A DNA stretch of 64,000 bases from positions 88,226,001 through 88,290,000 of the forward strand of contig NC_042999.1 of the NCBI RefSeq assembly GCF_006345805.1, in the 5' to 3' direction. A model generated the notes under the pieces. It ran no database searches. It had not been told where the DNA came from and saw only the letters and a program-made list of their open reading frames with translations. Position numbers and translations under genes: made by a program. This document shows positions 26,769 through 39,642 of the stretch, piece by piece; the first letter of the stretch is position 1; every line of letters starts with the position of its first letter. This DNA is from Octopus sinensis (taxonomy: Eukaryota).

Positions 26769-28415
26769 CTGTTATGCCTGTTATGCTTACATTTGACAGA
26801 AGTTTTGATGGGAATATTCCACTAGTTTTCCTTGAGTTGGTGTTTATGAATGTGTTCAATAACAGAGGGATTTTCTAAGTTTACTTCAGGACAGTCTTTT
26901 TTGCGGATGGCATTCTTAATTGTTTAGCAACAATATAGTGACGACATTTTAGGACAGCTGCTAAACATATGCGTAATGTCTTCCACAAAACATGACATAG
27001 CCTAAACTTGCTGTTGCGCCTTGGGATTACAAGGGCGTCACTGTCTCTTTTGTTCACCAGGTACTTGGTGGCAATCTCCTGTTGCTAGATTACAAACACA
27101 TAGCCTTCAAAGTGTGATGTGATGTAGTGATCTAGTGTCCAAGAGATGCTGCGCTTTGTGTCAATTCTACTATTTTCTTCAAGCTTCCGGGAAACATACC
27201 CATGCATGGTCTTTTTTTCGTATGCTGAGTGCTTTCCATCCAAGTCTTCTCTGAAGTAAGAGAGCCCAGCTGTGCAGATCATCAGGAAGGGGGTGTTTCT
27301 TGAGGAGTTCACTGCCAACTCGTACAATGTTACTTCACTTTTCAGGACTGCATTAATATAATTATTTTTGCTGTTGTTGTTTAGTAGGTATTGCCTGAGT
27401 GATACCACACAGCATTCGAAGGCTGTCAGCACTGATTTCAGGCCTCTATCACCTTCATTTCTTTTTAGGTAGAACCTATCAACATCACAGTTTATGTGGA
27501 AGTTTCCAGTTGTTGTTATGATTTTGCAGGTTTCATCTATGGAATGAATTTCCTCTGCAGACCAATCAGGTATCCCAAATGTTGGGATCCATACTGGTAC
27601 TGCAAATGTATTGTGGGATATTGTTTTGTTGTAAGAGGAGAGTTCCGACTGCCGTATTTTCTTAAGTCTGGTGTAATATTCTCGGGTCACTATCTTTATT
27701 CACAGTGCCTTCATATGATACATTTTTGTCTATGTCTAGGTACGTGTAACATTCTTTGTGTGGAATGGAGGAGATAGAGAAACTGTTGATGTACAGGTTT
27801 GGGGTTTGGGGCACTGACTTTCCTCGTTCTATAACCAAATATGAACATTTCTTTTGGTCAAATTCCATACTTATATCAGTGGAAAATGTTGTGATTAATT
27901 CCAGTTGTTTTTTGACATTGTTAACACTTTTAGCATAAATCTTCAGGTCATTTACAAAGAAATTTTGAGTTACGTTGATATTTCTGGCATTTGAAGATCC
28001 TAGCATGTAACCATTTGCTTTCTGCAATAGGAACGACAATGGATACAGTGACAAAATGAAAAGATGTACAGAAAGACTATCTTCCTGGAATATTCCTTTT
28101 GTAATGCCTATACTATTAGAAACAATTATTCTGTTCTCAGTTGTAAGTGTAAGAATAGTTGTCCATGTCTTTGTGAGTCTCTTTATAGCAGTAATTAAGG
28201 AAGTAGGTACCTTTGCAAGATGTAGGCACTTCAACAGCCATGAATGAAGGATAAAGTCGAATGCCTTCCTATAGTCAAGCCATACTGTCACAAGGTTTCT
28301 GCATTGTTTTCTTACTTCAGACAGTACAGTTTTGTGTATTAAAAGTTGTTCGATAATCCCCACACTCCTTTCTCTCCACCAGCCTGTTCATCCGTCACAA
28401 TGTTGTTCGACTCAC
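26769..28415 (-). mobile_element. R4/Dong-like non-LTR retrotransposon (RT, thumb, CCHC knuckle, start of REL endonuclease), decayed
   Basis: VWLDYRKAFD, GIFQEDSLS, FFVNDLKIYAK (RT motifs); HNTFAVPVWIPTFG; FRLCHV..EDITHMFSSCP (zinc knuckle); WNIPIKTSVKCKHNR preceding the PD-(D/E)xK motif. Confidence 0.92.
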
Positions 28416-28572
28416 AATGGTCATGTATGTATGTATGTATGTACGTATGTATGTATGTATGTATGTATGTATGTATGTATGTATGTATGTATGTATGTGT
28501 GTGTGTGTGTATGTATGTGTGTATGTGTGTGTATGTGTGTGTATGTGTGTGTATGTGTGTGTGTATGTATGT
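28416..28572. repeat. (TATG)n/(TG)n compound microsatellite
   Basis: Seen directly. Confidence 0.97.
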
Positions 28573-29264
28573 ATCTGTCACTGAGTAGAAAAATATACGC
28601 CATACTTGTCTACATATCTTTCTTAAGTCTAATTATGAAACGCTATTTCTCAGCTGGAGACCAATTCCCTCCCTATTGAAGAAATATTCAGAATATATAA
28701 GCAGAAAATAAATGTGTAACAGAGTCATATCAACTCACTCACTCACACAAACTTATGTATACTGGTCATTTACTGCAGAGGTAGCTTAGTAATAATCGAA
28801 GTTTTTCAAGCGAGCGATGTTATTTAAATTAGATCCCCAAAGCCGCATTTACAGCTGATCCTCAATATTATGTTATTAATATCTATCTAGTGATGTAAAT
28901 AGATGTGGCATGAGAGAAGGTAAAGAGGCAAGAAATATATACGAGTGTGATAACGGATATTATTAGTTCAAAGTCCAATTAGTTATTTACATATTTCCGC
29001 TTATTAATTGACCGACCAACTGACGCTGCATCGTATTAGAATCATTTATATCTTACCCATGTCATATGCTCAACTAAAGCATGAATTTGATATTACTTTT
29101 CATCCATCAAATCTTGCATTAATCAAAGTAGGTTCTCCGGTCATATCTTCAGGACTGGTAGCTGATACTATATTTAATCACTACTACTACTGCTGTTGCC
29201 GCTGCTGTTACCACTACTATTACTACTACTATAACAAATAATCATAATAATAATTCTTTCTAAG

Positions 29265-29450
29265 TTTAATACAATTTTGAACGCCGGAAGAGTGAATTAC
29301 ATCAACTCCAGTTCTGAACGGGTACTTATTTTATCAAATCCGAAAATATGAAATGTAAATTCGACCTGGGAAGAATTTGAACTCAGAACATAAAGAGCTG
29401 GAAGAAACTCTGCAATTTTCTCCGATGCTTAAGCGTCCTGCCAGTCCAGA
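29265..29450 (-). mobile_element. SINE family A, diverged copy
   Basis: GGTACTTATTTTATC..GAATTTGAACTCAGAAC matches 815-1129. Confidence 0.7.
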
Positions 29451-29769
29451 TTTATTTTATCGCTCACAAAGTCCCAAGGCGTTGGAGATTGTAAAAGGGC
29501 GAAATAAAAATAAAATAACAAACACGTTAGTGATTTACATCAAATAAGACGGCGATATCAACAAAGCCACAAAGATATATTGATAAATAAATAAATAATA
29601 AATACCAATAACAACAAGGGCACTCACAGAGCTCCAAAGCAACACCAACGTCCTTATTTCTTTAATTATGCACAAGGCCTCAAAACAGAAGCGTCAACAC
29701 AGAAGACAGACAAAACAATACATTGGGGTACATAAAAACATATAACGAATGAATCATGACTATAAAGGA

Positions 29770-30440
29770 AAATGAGAATGAAATGGCTTTCTACCCCGCA
29801 AAGCAGGTAGTTCCATTTTACTGGTCTTTTTAATAAAGTGTGTACTTATCAGCCTTGCATCTTGTTAGTTTTCCTTTTGTTTAAACATCCATACAAAGTC
29901 ACACCATATGTTTCATCAAATCGTCAAATATTACCACTGGTGGCAATTCATCGTAGCAAATATGAATTCCTGTTATCAATATCCTATCACCAAATATTTC
30001 CTGCAACCTTCTTGCTCTTTCTTCCTCCAACAGCACCGATTTCTCGCCTCGATTGTACTCATTGTCAACCACTTTAACCCTTATTACATATTCCATTTTT
30101 GAAAGTTTTTTTTCTATCTCTACACTCTTTTTGTAACAAATCATAGTTCTTTCATATTTCCCCTTCGGTGACTCTCTCTGCTGTTCCTCACCACTCTCTT
30201 CCTCTGTTGCTGGTATTCCCGTCTCTGTTTGTCCTTCCTTCTCACTTTCATGTCTCTTCTTCCGTCCTCCCTTCTCCTTACTAGTTGAAGTCAACGGTCT
30301 TTGTTTGTATTCGTTCCTCACTTGGCTCCTCATTCCTTCTTTTCTTGTTCTTGTTTTCCTCTGCTTTTCTTTTCTTCTTCGGGAATTTAGGTAGAGATTC
30401 CACATTACTCCTCTTTCTTTCTACCACTATATATTTTCCA
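29770..30440 (-). pseudogene. Possible decayed LINE ORF1 (RRM-like) fragment
   Basis: The charged low-complexity N-terminal part is followed by RVKVV..RRLQEIFGDRILITG..ELPPVVIFDDLMKHMV and, after a frameshift, TLYG. This loosely fits L1/Tx1 ORF1 'LP..i....l..YG'. Weak. Confidence 0.25.
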
Positions 30441-30522
30441 ACCATTTCCTCCTCCTCCGCTATTGCGCCTTTTATTCCGGACGCTCCTTCTCCGCCTCCT
30501 CTAGGTGTCGAAGTGATCGCAG

Positions 30523-30606
30523 AGCAAGTAAACAACGCACCCCGCGGTTCAGGAATTGAAAACTCAGTCTCGTGAGCGCAACACCTTAACCACTAGACCA
30601 TGCGCC
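30523..30606 (-). mobile_element. tRNA-derived SINE head (family C-like)
   Basis: GGCGCATGGTCTAGTGGTTAAGGTGTTGCGCTCACGAG..TTTTCAATTCC. No cloverleaf acceptor stem. Confidence 0.65.
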
Positions 30607-30859
30607 TTCAAGGTCAGTTAGTAGTGCCATGGCTGTTATCATTACAAGCCGTGGAACATTGTACTGCTAGGTCATGATAGTCTATAAAAGAAGGGATGAC
30701 TCTTTAGCCTTGCCTGGCAAACCTCGAGATATGGTGTCTCAATAAAAACAGTAGTGGTTGGCTCACGTTCATACTACAATCCTGTACTGCACATATATTT
30801 TACAGTGACACTGTATTAAAACACAAACGATAGTTTCACAAATATATTTGGACAAAAAT

Positions 30860-31990
30860 TATTTCTTATCTAAAAGTAACATTGATTACGAACAGAAGAG
30901 CTAATTTAACAAGACATCCTTTAAACAAAGACATTATCAGATAAAGCAATAGAAAACTTAAAAGAAATAATATAAAACGAAGACACAAGCAACACACAAA
31001 AATGCAAACAACGAGAATAAAGAATATAATACTAATCACAAAAGCCCTAGAAGATGTTCCAAAATACTAAACACTAAAATCAGAACTATAATAGGAAAAT
31101 ACGAATAGAAATAAAAATTAATATGATAAACGAAAATATGAATAAAGAGAATATAGAGACAGATTTATAAATAGATATTTCTAAAGATGGAAATTCTGAA
31201 TATGATAATAACCTAAAGGTGAGAATACTTAAAGAATTAAAATCGATAGAAAATTTTACTGAGGGCCACCGAAAGCACATCCCAATGATAAAAACTTAAC
31301 GATGAAATAGCAAAAAGAATAAAATATGAAAGCATGACCATCACAAATATGATCAACGAAATCACCAGCATAAACAAAGTAATGTATGCAGAAGTCCGGC
31401 AATTAAAAAGGAATGTGAAACTACCTCGAATCTACTTATTTGTGAAAATCAAAACCTTAATAAAAACCGAGTTAAGCAAACATACAGAGAAAGGCAAAAA
31501 AAAAAAAAAAATACTATGAGAATATGACTAATAAAGAAAAACGTACTTGAAATCAAAGAACTCTTGAAACAAGCGCTTCTCGTTAAACTGCAAAGAATCA
31601 AACTTTACGAAAAGACCGATTAAACAAAACAAACAGATACAATCTATCTCACCGCGATTTTATCAAATAAGAATTAAAATAAATATCAATCATTAGAGCT
31701 CCAGTACGAGTAAAACATGAATTCTATGGGCAGTGAAAAGATTACCACAGACGAGAATTTTCTAAACTTTAAGAGCAATACTTGAAGAGCCCTGCAAGAC
31801 TATATTAACTCCAAAAATATCGCAGGCGCTACAAAAAAAAAAAAAAAAATTTTATGGTATAACATGAAGGCACAAAGAAATGACAAAACCTTAAAATTTA
31901 TGCTTGAAATATTTAAGAGGCAAGTAGAAAGTACTAACAAGAATATCTAACAACCCACTGAAAGTATCGGGAACGAAGTAATAGCTATAT
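30860..31990 (+). mobile_element. Old R4/Dong-like LINE, pre-RT region, heavily decayed
   Basis: A-rich coding-like strand. ITSINKVMYA and EIKELLKQALLVKLQRIKLYEK resemble EELTQMVTALRAKLKRYD of the 45354-46330 copy. Confidence 0.5.
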
Positions 31991-32138
31991 TGCAAGGTTT
32001 GAGAAAAAGATATTCCTCTTATTGAAAGCAGTTGGTATTAAAGCGGTAAGTAACCAGCTATATAACAACTTCTTAGAATGTTGCAAGGTACAACAGAATA
32101 GACATAGAAAAAAAAATTAAGAAAATGTTTCCCTAACA

Positions 32139-32305
32139 GGCGTAGGAGTGGCTGTGTGGTAAGTAGCTTGCTCACCAACCACATGGTTCCGGGTTCAGTC
32201 CCACTGCGTGGAACCTTAGGCAAGTGTCTTCTACTATAGCCTCGGGCCGACCAAAGCCTTGTGAGTGGATTTGGTAGATGGAAACTGAAAGTCCCGTCGT
32301 ATATA

Positions 32306-32351
<46 letters not shown>

Positions 32352-32563
32352 GTGTGTGTGTATGTTTGTCTGTGTTTTTCCACTCACCATCGCTTGACAA
32401 CTGATGCTGGTGTGTTTAGGTTCCGGTAATTTAGCGGTTCGGCAAAAGAGAACGATGGAGTAAGTACTAGGCTTACAAAGAATAAGTCCTAGGGTCGATT
32501 TGCTTGACTAAAGGCGGTGCTCCAGCATGGCCACAGTCAAATGACTGAAACAAGTAAAAGAGT
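32139..32563 (+). mobile_element. tRNA-derived SINE, family B, full length with internal (TA)n(TG)n
   Basis: Box A TGGCTGTGTGG, box B GGTTCAGTCCC. Near-identical inverse copy at 38438-38844. Confidence 0.92.
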
Positions 32564-35208
32564 AACATCCGAAATGCGATTAACTCAAGATTTAAAAGAA
32601 TTATAAAGAGAATTATGAAGTCTATAGGAAATGATAAGAGAATCCTATGGGACAGATGTTCAAGGAAAGAAACTACTAGAGTAGAAATACAGTTTAGGAG
32701 GGAGTCGATAATAGTGAAAGAATGTGAATTAGCAGAGGGGCGAGTCACTTGATTGATAACCCAAAAACGAAGTACAAGAGAAGAAAGTTCAACAGAACAA
32801 TTACTATGTAAATATGTGTAAAGTTAAAGAAGAAATACTCAGCCGGTGAAAATTTTGTCGAAGTTAAAATGCGAAACACGGAACTACCATTTAAGTGTGT
32901 TTTTAGCCTTCTATATAATGCTACAAATGCGCATTTGATTTCGATGAAGGAGAACACCAATCCAAAAATAGCAATATTCTATACTCACCTATGGGATCAC
33001 ACAGTAGGATCGAATCGGGGTACTCATGATTGCGAAGTGGACTTCTGAACTTTTAGCCATGTCTTGGTCCACTCCTCCACCCACCTTTCTCTTCCTCTCT
33101 CTCTCTCTCTCTTCGAAACGCGGAGTAGACGAAACAAGAACAACTGAAGAAGGGGAATATTCCTTATGTTGTATGTCTTGTACTCTGTTTTTCGTTGTTT
33201 GAAAAAAGTTCGTTTCTATGTTTTTGTTTTTATGTTTTCGTTTCTCATTGTGTTCAACGTTTTTTTGATGTCCTGTACCCATATATGCATGTATATATAC
33301 ATATAGATGTAGGTATGTACATATATGTATGTATATATGCATATATTTATATATTATTTATATTATATTATATATATATATATGTAATCGAAGGTGGAGA
33401 TCGAATATCCTTAACGTAATTTAACTAGGCAGTCCATTTAGAACAGGTGTGTGGCTCCAACATCTTCAGTTCCTTTTAAAATAGTTTGCTATCGAACTCA
33501 TAGACTCTTCAATTTCCCCCTAAGATCTGCCAAAGTAGATACCTACACTAGACCACAATTTCCACATCTATTACTTTTCGAAGATATTTCTCCTAAGTAT
33601 ATATTGTATATACACAACATGTATTCGATATATGTAATCTTACACCAAAACAGAAAAGTTTTCTTCTGGAATGTTTACATCTCTTCCTTTGCAATATTTT
33701 CTTTATAGAGTTAAATAAAATTACATCGTATAAAATCTTATTGACGGATTACCTCCCAAACCTATTAATGTTTCCAGTTTTTCCCCTTCATCTCCAGCTT
33801 TCGCAACAGCATATTAACTGTTCCTATAACATATTAAACTTATAGGAATATGGTATCTAATGTCAGATGATATGAAAATGCTAAATTCTATGGCTTTAAC
33901 ACTTTCATACCAGTCCACAGACCATGTGAAGTTAGTGATCGTGGTTTTCAATTTCCTTTCTATTCAAAAGGCCATATTAAATTTTGGCCAACACCATCTG
34001 AACGTCAAATGTTTGATTTATATTACAAATATAAAATAAAAGGCATTAACGAAACCAGTAGATTTTTTTTCATTGTTCCATGCACGATCAGTTTTATTTA
34101 ATTATTGAAAGTGGGTGCTTTTTTTGTAAATCACTGAGTGAAAAGATTTTAAATATTAGACTTCTGTTATATTTTTTTCCTAGTGAGTGAAACTTCTGAA
34201 GAGCATATTCAATAAAAGTCAACCCGATTGGTATTTTTTCCTTAATTTATGGAAGTGAGCACGAACCCTTGTTCTGTTTCGTGTAACGAGGTGCTATAAG
34301 AAGCAACAATAAGACAAGTTCGTTGCATGCATGTCTGACATAAAGGGAGACCGTTATTTGTAGCAGTGATTGATGAGTGACTATTTTAGTTAATTTTGAT
34401 AGCGTATAAACTACGGTGATGGTCACCAACAACAATAACAAAAAGAATAATTAATTATTTAACAGACCTTTTGATCGTAAACATTTCAAAATCAATGATA
34501 CATAGAACTAATTTTAAAGCAGTTTAACAAAATATCAGTTTTACAGTCTTCTATTCCATTTCAAATTATTTTATTTAAAACAGTGACACGTAAACATTGT
34601 GGGTATTGCACATGCATTTATTTGAATTCGCGTCTTTAACATGTATGCGTCGCCCATTCAGCCCAAGCGTTAATCATTAACGCACACCTAACGCTATTTA
34701 TTCACTACTATTCCTGGATGAGACAGCGATGGCGTCCTTTCTCGGATTATTTACGCTGTGTCCTTGAGAAGGAAACTGAACTCGTTCAACTGTAATCTAC
34801 CGAAGCTGTTTCATTCGACAAAATGCTAACATTTTCCTCTCTTAGGTGTCATTAACTCAATGGTATAACATCCGTCGTACTGTATAATTGCAATTGATGC
34901 TTGCAGTATTAAATTGTAATCCTGTTAACGATATATTCACGTTTCCTTCTGTTGTGGATAATTAAGCTTAAACACTGCTGCGGTGTTTAGATATTGAATA
35001 AAATATATCGTTGTTCCTGTATATTCTACTATTAAGAATAGTTAACTTACATTTTTTTTAAATAATTTGTAGACAAAAGTTGTTGCATGGCTGCATTTAA
35101 ACTTGCTGATATAGTCCATATGTGTATGTCACTGTTATGTATGTATGTATGTATGTATGCATGCATGCATGTATGTATGTATGTATGCATGCATGTATGC
35201 ATGCATGC

Positions 35209-37462
35209 GCCATGCCCACAGTGTGTTGCTGCACAGAGAACTGTCTACTGTGCAGCGAAGTCTAGCACTTGCCCGCTATAACAGTGTAAAATCACTACTG
35301 CAGCGATCTCTCAGGAAGATGCAGAACACTTGGTGGGAGGATCTTGCTCGTGATGTTCAGGCTGCTGCTGATGCAAATGACAGCAAGAAGCTTTACCATC
35401 TTATGAAGCGAGCTTATGGACCTAAGAGCTCCACATCAGCTCCTTTGCTTTCCAAGGAGTCTTCCACTCTGTTTACTAAATCAACAGAAATCACAGGTCG
35501 TGGATCGAACACTTCTCTGAACTCCTAAACCATGAGTCAGTTGTGGATGAAACAGTAATTGATACTATGAAACAAAGACCTATCATTGACTCCTTAGACT
35601 CCTCGCCATCAATACATGAAGTAATGACATCAATAAGTAAATTGAATCTTGTTAGGGCACCTGGAAAGGAAGGAATTTGTGCTGAGGTCTTGCGATTTGG
35701 TGGTAATTGCATCACACAGTTCCTTCGTGAACTTATTAGTGTAGTCTAGAGGGATGGTGCAATCCCTAAGGACTGGAAGGATGCAATTATTCTTCCTCTA
35801 TATAAAGGAAAAGGAGCCAGAACAATGTGTGGTAACTACAGAGGTATTGCTCTACTATCAGCTGCTGGTAAGGTTCTGGCAAATATTCTTCTTGCCCGTC
35901 TGCATGGGTGTCTCGTAAATGATGTCCTATCTGAATCTCAATGTGGCTTCCGATCTGGTAGAGGGACAATGGATATGATTTTCACAGCAAGACAGATGCA
36001 GGAGAAGTGCTATGAGCAGAATATGGATCTTGTCCAGGTATTCATTGATTTAACTAAGACCTTAGATACTGTAAATAGGGCCTTTCTATGGAAAATACTT
36101 GGCAAACTTCGATGTCCAGATCACTTTGTATCTATAATTAAATCATTTCATGATGAGATGGAGGCTTAGGTCAATGTTGGTGGTGCCATGGTGGGACCCA
36201 TTCCTGTAGAGAATGGTGTCAAGCAGGGTGACATCCTTGCCCCAACTCTCTTTTCTTTGTACTTTGCTGCTACTTTTACTCATGCTTTTGCTAAAGTTAG
36301 CTCTCTGGGAATATATGTCAGATATCGATCTTCTGGCCGCCTCTTTAATCTTCGCCGATTTACTGCCAATTCAAAGGTTTCCCAGTCTATTATTCGTGAC
36401 CTCCTTTATGCAGATGACTGTGACTTAGTCACTCATACAGTGGATGACATGCAAATACTCATGAATTGCATTTCTGCTTCTTGCAGGGCATTTGGACTCA
36501 GCATTAGCCTGGACAAGACTGTTGTAATGTTCCAGCCTGCACCAGGAAATCCATATATATAGAACCAGCTATCTTGGTTGAAGGAACAATTCTGAAGGTA
36601 GTAGACAAGTTTGTCTACCTGGGCAGCACACTCAGCCGTTCTTGCTCCCTGGATGAGGAAATATCTTTCAGGTTGCAGAGAGCAACTAATTCCTTCCGGT
36701 CTCTTCAGTCTCGTGTCTGGTCCCAACATGGCATCGCAAGGAGAACAAAAGTTGCTGTGTACCGTGCTTATGTACTGACATCGCTTCTCTACTCATGTGA
36801 GACATGGACTCTGTACAAACGTCAGGTAAGGGTCCTTGAACGTTTACATCAGAGATGTCTCAGACACATTCTCAATGTTGGCTGGATCTCAAAAATTCCA
36901 GACATACAGATCCTGAGGACAGCTGATATCTTGAGTATTGGGACGATGGTACACAAGCACCGGTTGCGTTGGACTGGACACCTTAATAGAATGGAGGATA
37001 GAAGGATTCCTAAGCAGATGCTCTGTGGAGAAATTGTGAATGGAAGGAGACTCCGGCAGAAACCAAGGCTGCGATTTAAGGACTGTGTCAAGTCCTCGTT
37101 AAAGGCCTTTGATATGCAGGGCACTGACTGGGAGAACAATGCCTGTAATCGCCACAGATGGAGGAACCAGGTTAATGAGGGATCGACACTTTTGAGAGAG
37201 AACGTATCCAGCATGAAGAACTTAAGCGAGCTGCGCGAAAGCGCACGGCTCGTATAGTGAATGGGGAAAGCTTGGTCTGCAATGTTTGCAGTCGTGTATG
37301 CTTGTCAAGAGCAGGGCTCATTAGCCACCAACGGAGCCGCAAATGCAAAATATAAGTTAGTCCTAGAGCGCACAATGTTCCTGAAGGTCGGCAATGGTCT
37401 TCCTCGGTCACGAGTGGACGGCCATCATGTATGTATGCATGTATGTATGTATGTATGTATGT
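35209..37462 (+). mobile_element. RTE-BovB-like LINE, 5'-truncated, RT and C-terminal C2H2 finger, inactivated; (ATGT)n tail
   Basis: NYRGIALLS, ESQCGFRSGRGTMDMIF, FIDLTK..DTVNR, GVKQGDILAPTLF, LLYADD, FVYLGS, LLYSCETW, RWTGH, and CNVCSRVCLSRAGLISHQRS. Several stops and frameshifts. Confidence 0.96.
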
Positions 37463-38437
37463 GCGTGTGTACACTCACACAGAAAGCAGCGAATTGGCCG
37501 AGTCTTTAAAGAATCGGATTGAATGTCTTGCTGCATTTATTCCGGTTGTCTATCTTTTGATTACAAATTTCACCTACGACAACTTCCCTTTTCATCATTG
37601 GAATGGATAAATAGAGTATCAGTCAAGTGATGGGGTTAATTTCCCCCTCTCCGTCTCTCTCTAAATTTTAACTCTCTCACAATCGCCTTTCGCTGACAAC
37701 AATATTCGACAAAGATTTCATCATGTGCATATAGTACTTTTATTTGGAAAATTTAATGTCTAATTTTCCCCATTTCCTACGGGAAATTTATTTGCAATAT
37801 CTTCTGACGACTATTTCTTGTATAGCGTTAGATTTAGAGTTCATTCGAAAACTTTTTCAAGTTAAAGGCTGCTGTTTAACAAATGTATAAAAGAATTATT
37901 TCATATGAAATCTTATAATAATTCTGCTTGTCATTGCGTTACTTAGCCCGTCGGTAACGCTTTCACGGGATTAGAGAAAAGGGGGGAGAAGAAAAAGAGG
38001 AAAGGAGAAAAAAAGGGAGAGGAAGACGTCCATGACATAAGATAGTGGGAAAGTAATTGCAACGCTTTCACGTGATTAGTTGATGGGAAAGAGAGGAGAA
38101 AGAAAGAAGAGAAATGAGGATAAAGCGAAGACTGAGACAAAAAGAAGGAGAAAGAAAAAGTGGGAGAGAGAAGCGTCCATGACGTGAGGTGGGGTATCGT
38201 AATATTTATTACTTCGTTAAAAAGGGTAGTTGAAGGTAGAGGAGGAGAGTTAGAAATATAATTTTAGCAGAGGGGTGATGTTCTGATGGTGAGGTTAAAG
38301 AAAGGCAGAGAGAGAGGAAGAGGGGAGAGGAGAGTGAGAGATGATGATGGTTGTGGTGATTGGATAGGGAAAAGTGTATTTTTTATCACCTATTACTTAA
38401 AGCATGCATTTATGTGCGAATCTCTTTCTCTCTTTCT

Positions 38438-38630
38438 CTCTTTTACTTGTTTCAGTCATTTGACTGCGGCCATGCTGGAGCACCGCCTTTAGTCGAGCAA
38501 ATCGACCCCGGGACTTATTCTTTGTAAGCCCAGTACTTATTCTATCGGTCTCTTTTGCCAAACCGCTAAGTGACGGGGACGTAAACACACCAGCATCGGT
38601 TGTCAAGCAATGCTAGGGAGACAAACACAG

Positions 38631-38673
<43 letters not shown>

Positions 38674-38844
38674 CATATATACGACAGGCTTCTTTCAGTT
38701 TCCGTCTACCAAATCTACTCACAAGGCATTGGTCAGCCCGGGGCTACAGCAGAAGACACTTGCCCAAGATGCCACGCAGTGGGACTGAACCCGGAACCAT
38801 GTGGTTGGTTAGCAAGCTACTTACCACACAGCCACTCCTGCGCC
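38438..38844 (-). mobile_element. SINE family B, full length
   Basis: Reverse complement of 32139-32563 with high identity. Confidence 0.92.
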
Positions 38845-39611
38845 CAGTGAAATATTCATGTTTATTTACGTGGCAGATATAAGCAATTTAACTAAAGGTT
38901 GTATCATATATACGGGATATTTTGTTTGTTTGTTTATGGGAAAAGGGGGAAATAGTAGTGAATACTTATTCTATGAGTGCTGTGTATTAAGTCTATAAGA
39001 TTGTGCATAAAGTATATAAAGTGAATTAAGTAATCATCGTATTCCAATTCCCTTCACTTTTCAATTTTTAGCAGATGAGCAACTACCTTTCCATACAGAC
39101 ACAACACGGGCTTTGCTTTCAGCTTTTGCCGATAAAATTTTCAGAAATAACCCAATAGGTTTACCATTAAATCCGTGAAATATTCACGGGTCCCGCTATT
39201 TTATATAATACAAATAAAACATACCTGAACTATTTCTTCTACGTTGGAATCAGTTTGTTTTAAAATGCATAGAGGTAGTAATTTGACAATTGGTAGCCGT
39301 AATTAAAAAAACATCTGTATTCGATCCATGAACGTTTATATTTTTCATTTAATAACTTCTTGAAGAAATTTGCTGTTCCAGGAATACGCAAAATTTAGCT
39401 TTACCTTAGAAACGAAAATGTTCTTCTACAAGAATATTTGGGTTTAATACATCTGGATTTGCTGGAAATTGCAACCTAATATCACTCAAATCACATTCTG
39501 TCAAATTTAAAAAGGATTCGTTGGTTAATTCTGTCCTACATGATAAAGCTTTTGTCAGCATCTTGTAACATACACACCTACATACATATACTACACACAC
39601 ACACACACACA

Positions 39612-39642
<31 letters not shown>

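Noticed and set aside
33120-33175. GAAAC..CTGAAGA-AGGGGAATATTCCTT resembling a hammerhead
   Set aside because: There is no GAAA after the stem and no NUH/stem I in any permutation.
37956-38190. Repeat-spacer-repeat pattern suggestive of CRISPR
   Set aside because: Only two units, low-complexity spacers, eukaryotic context and no cas genes; kept only as an ordinary repeat finding.
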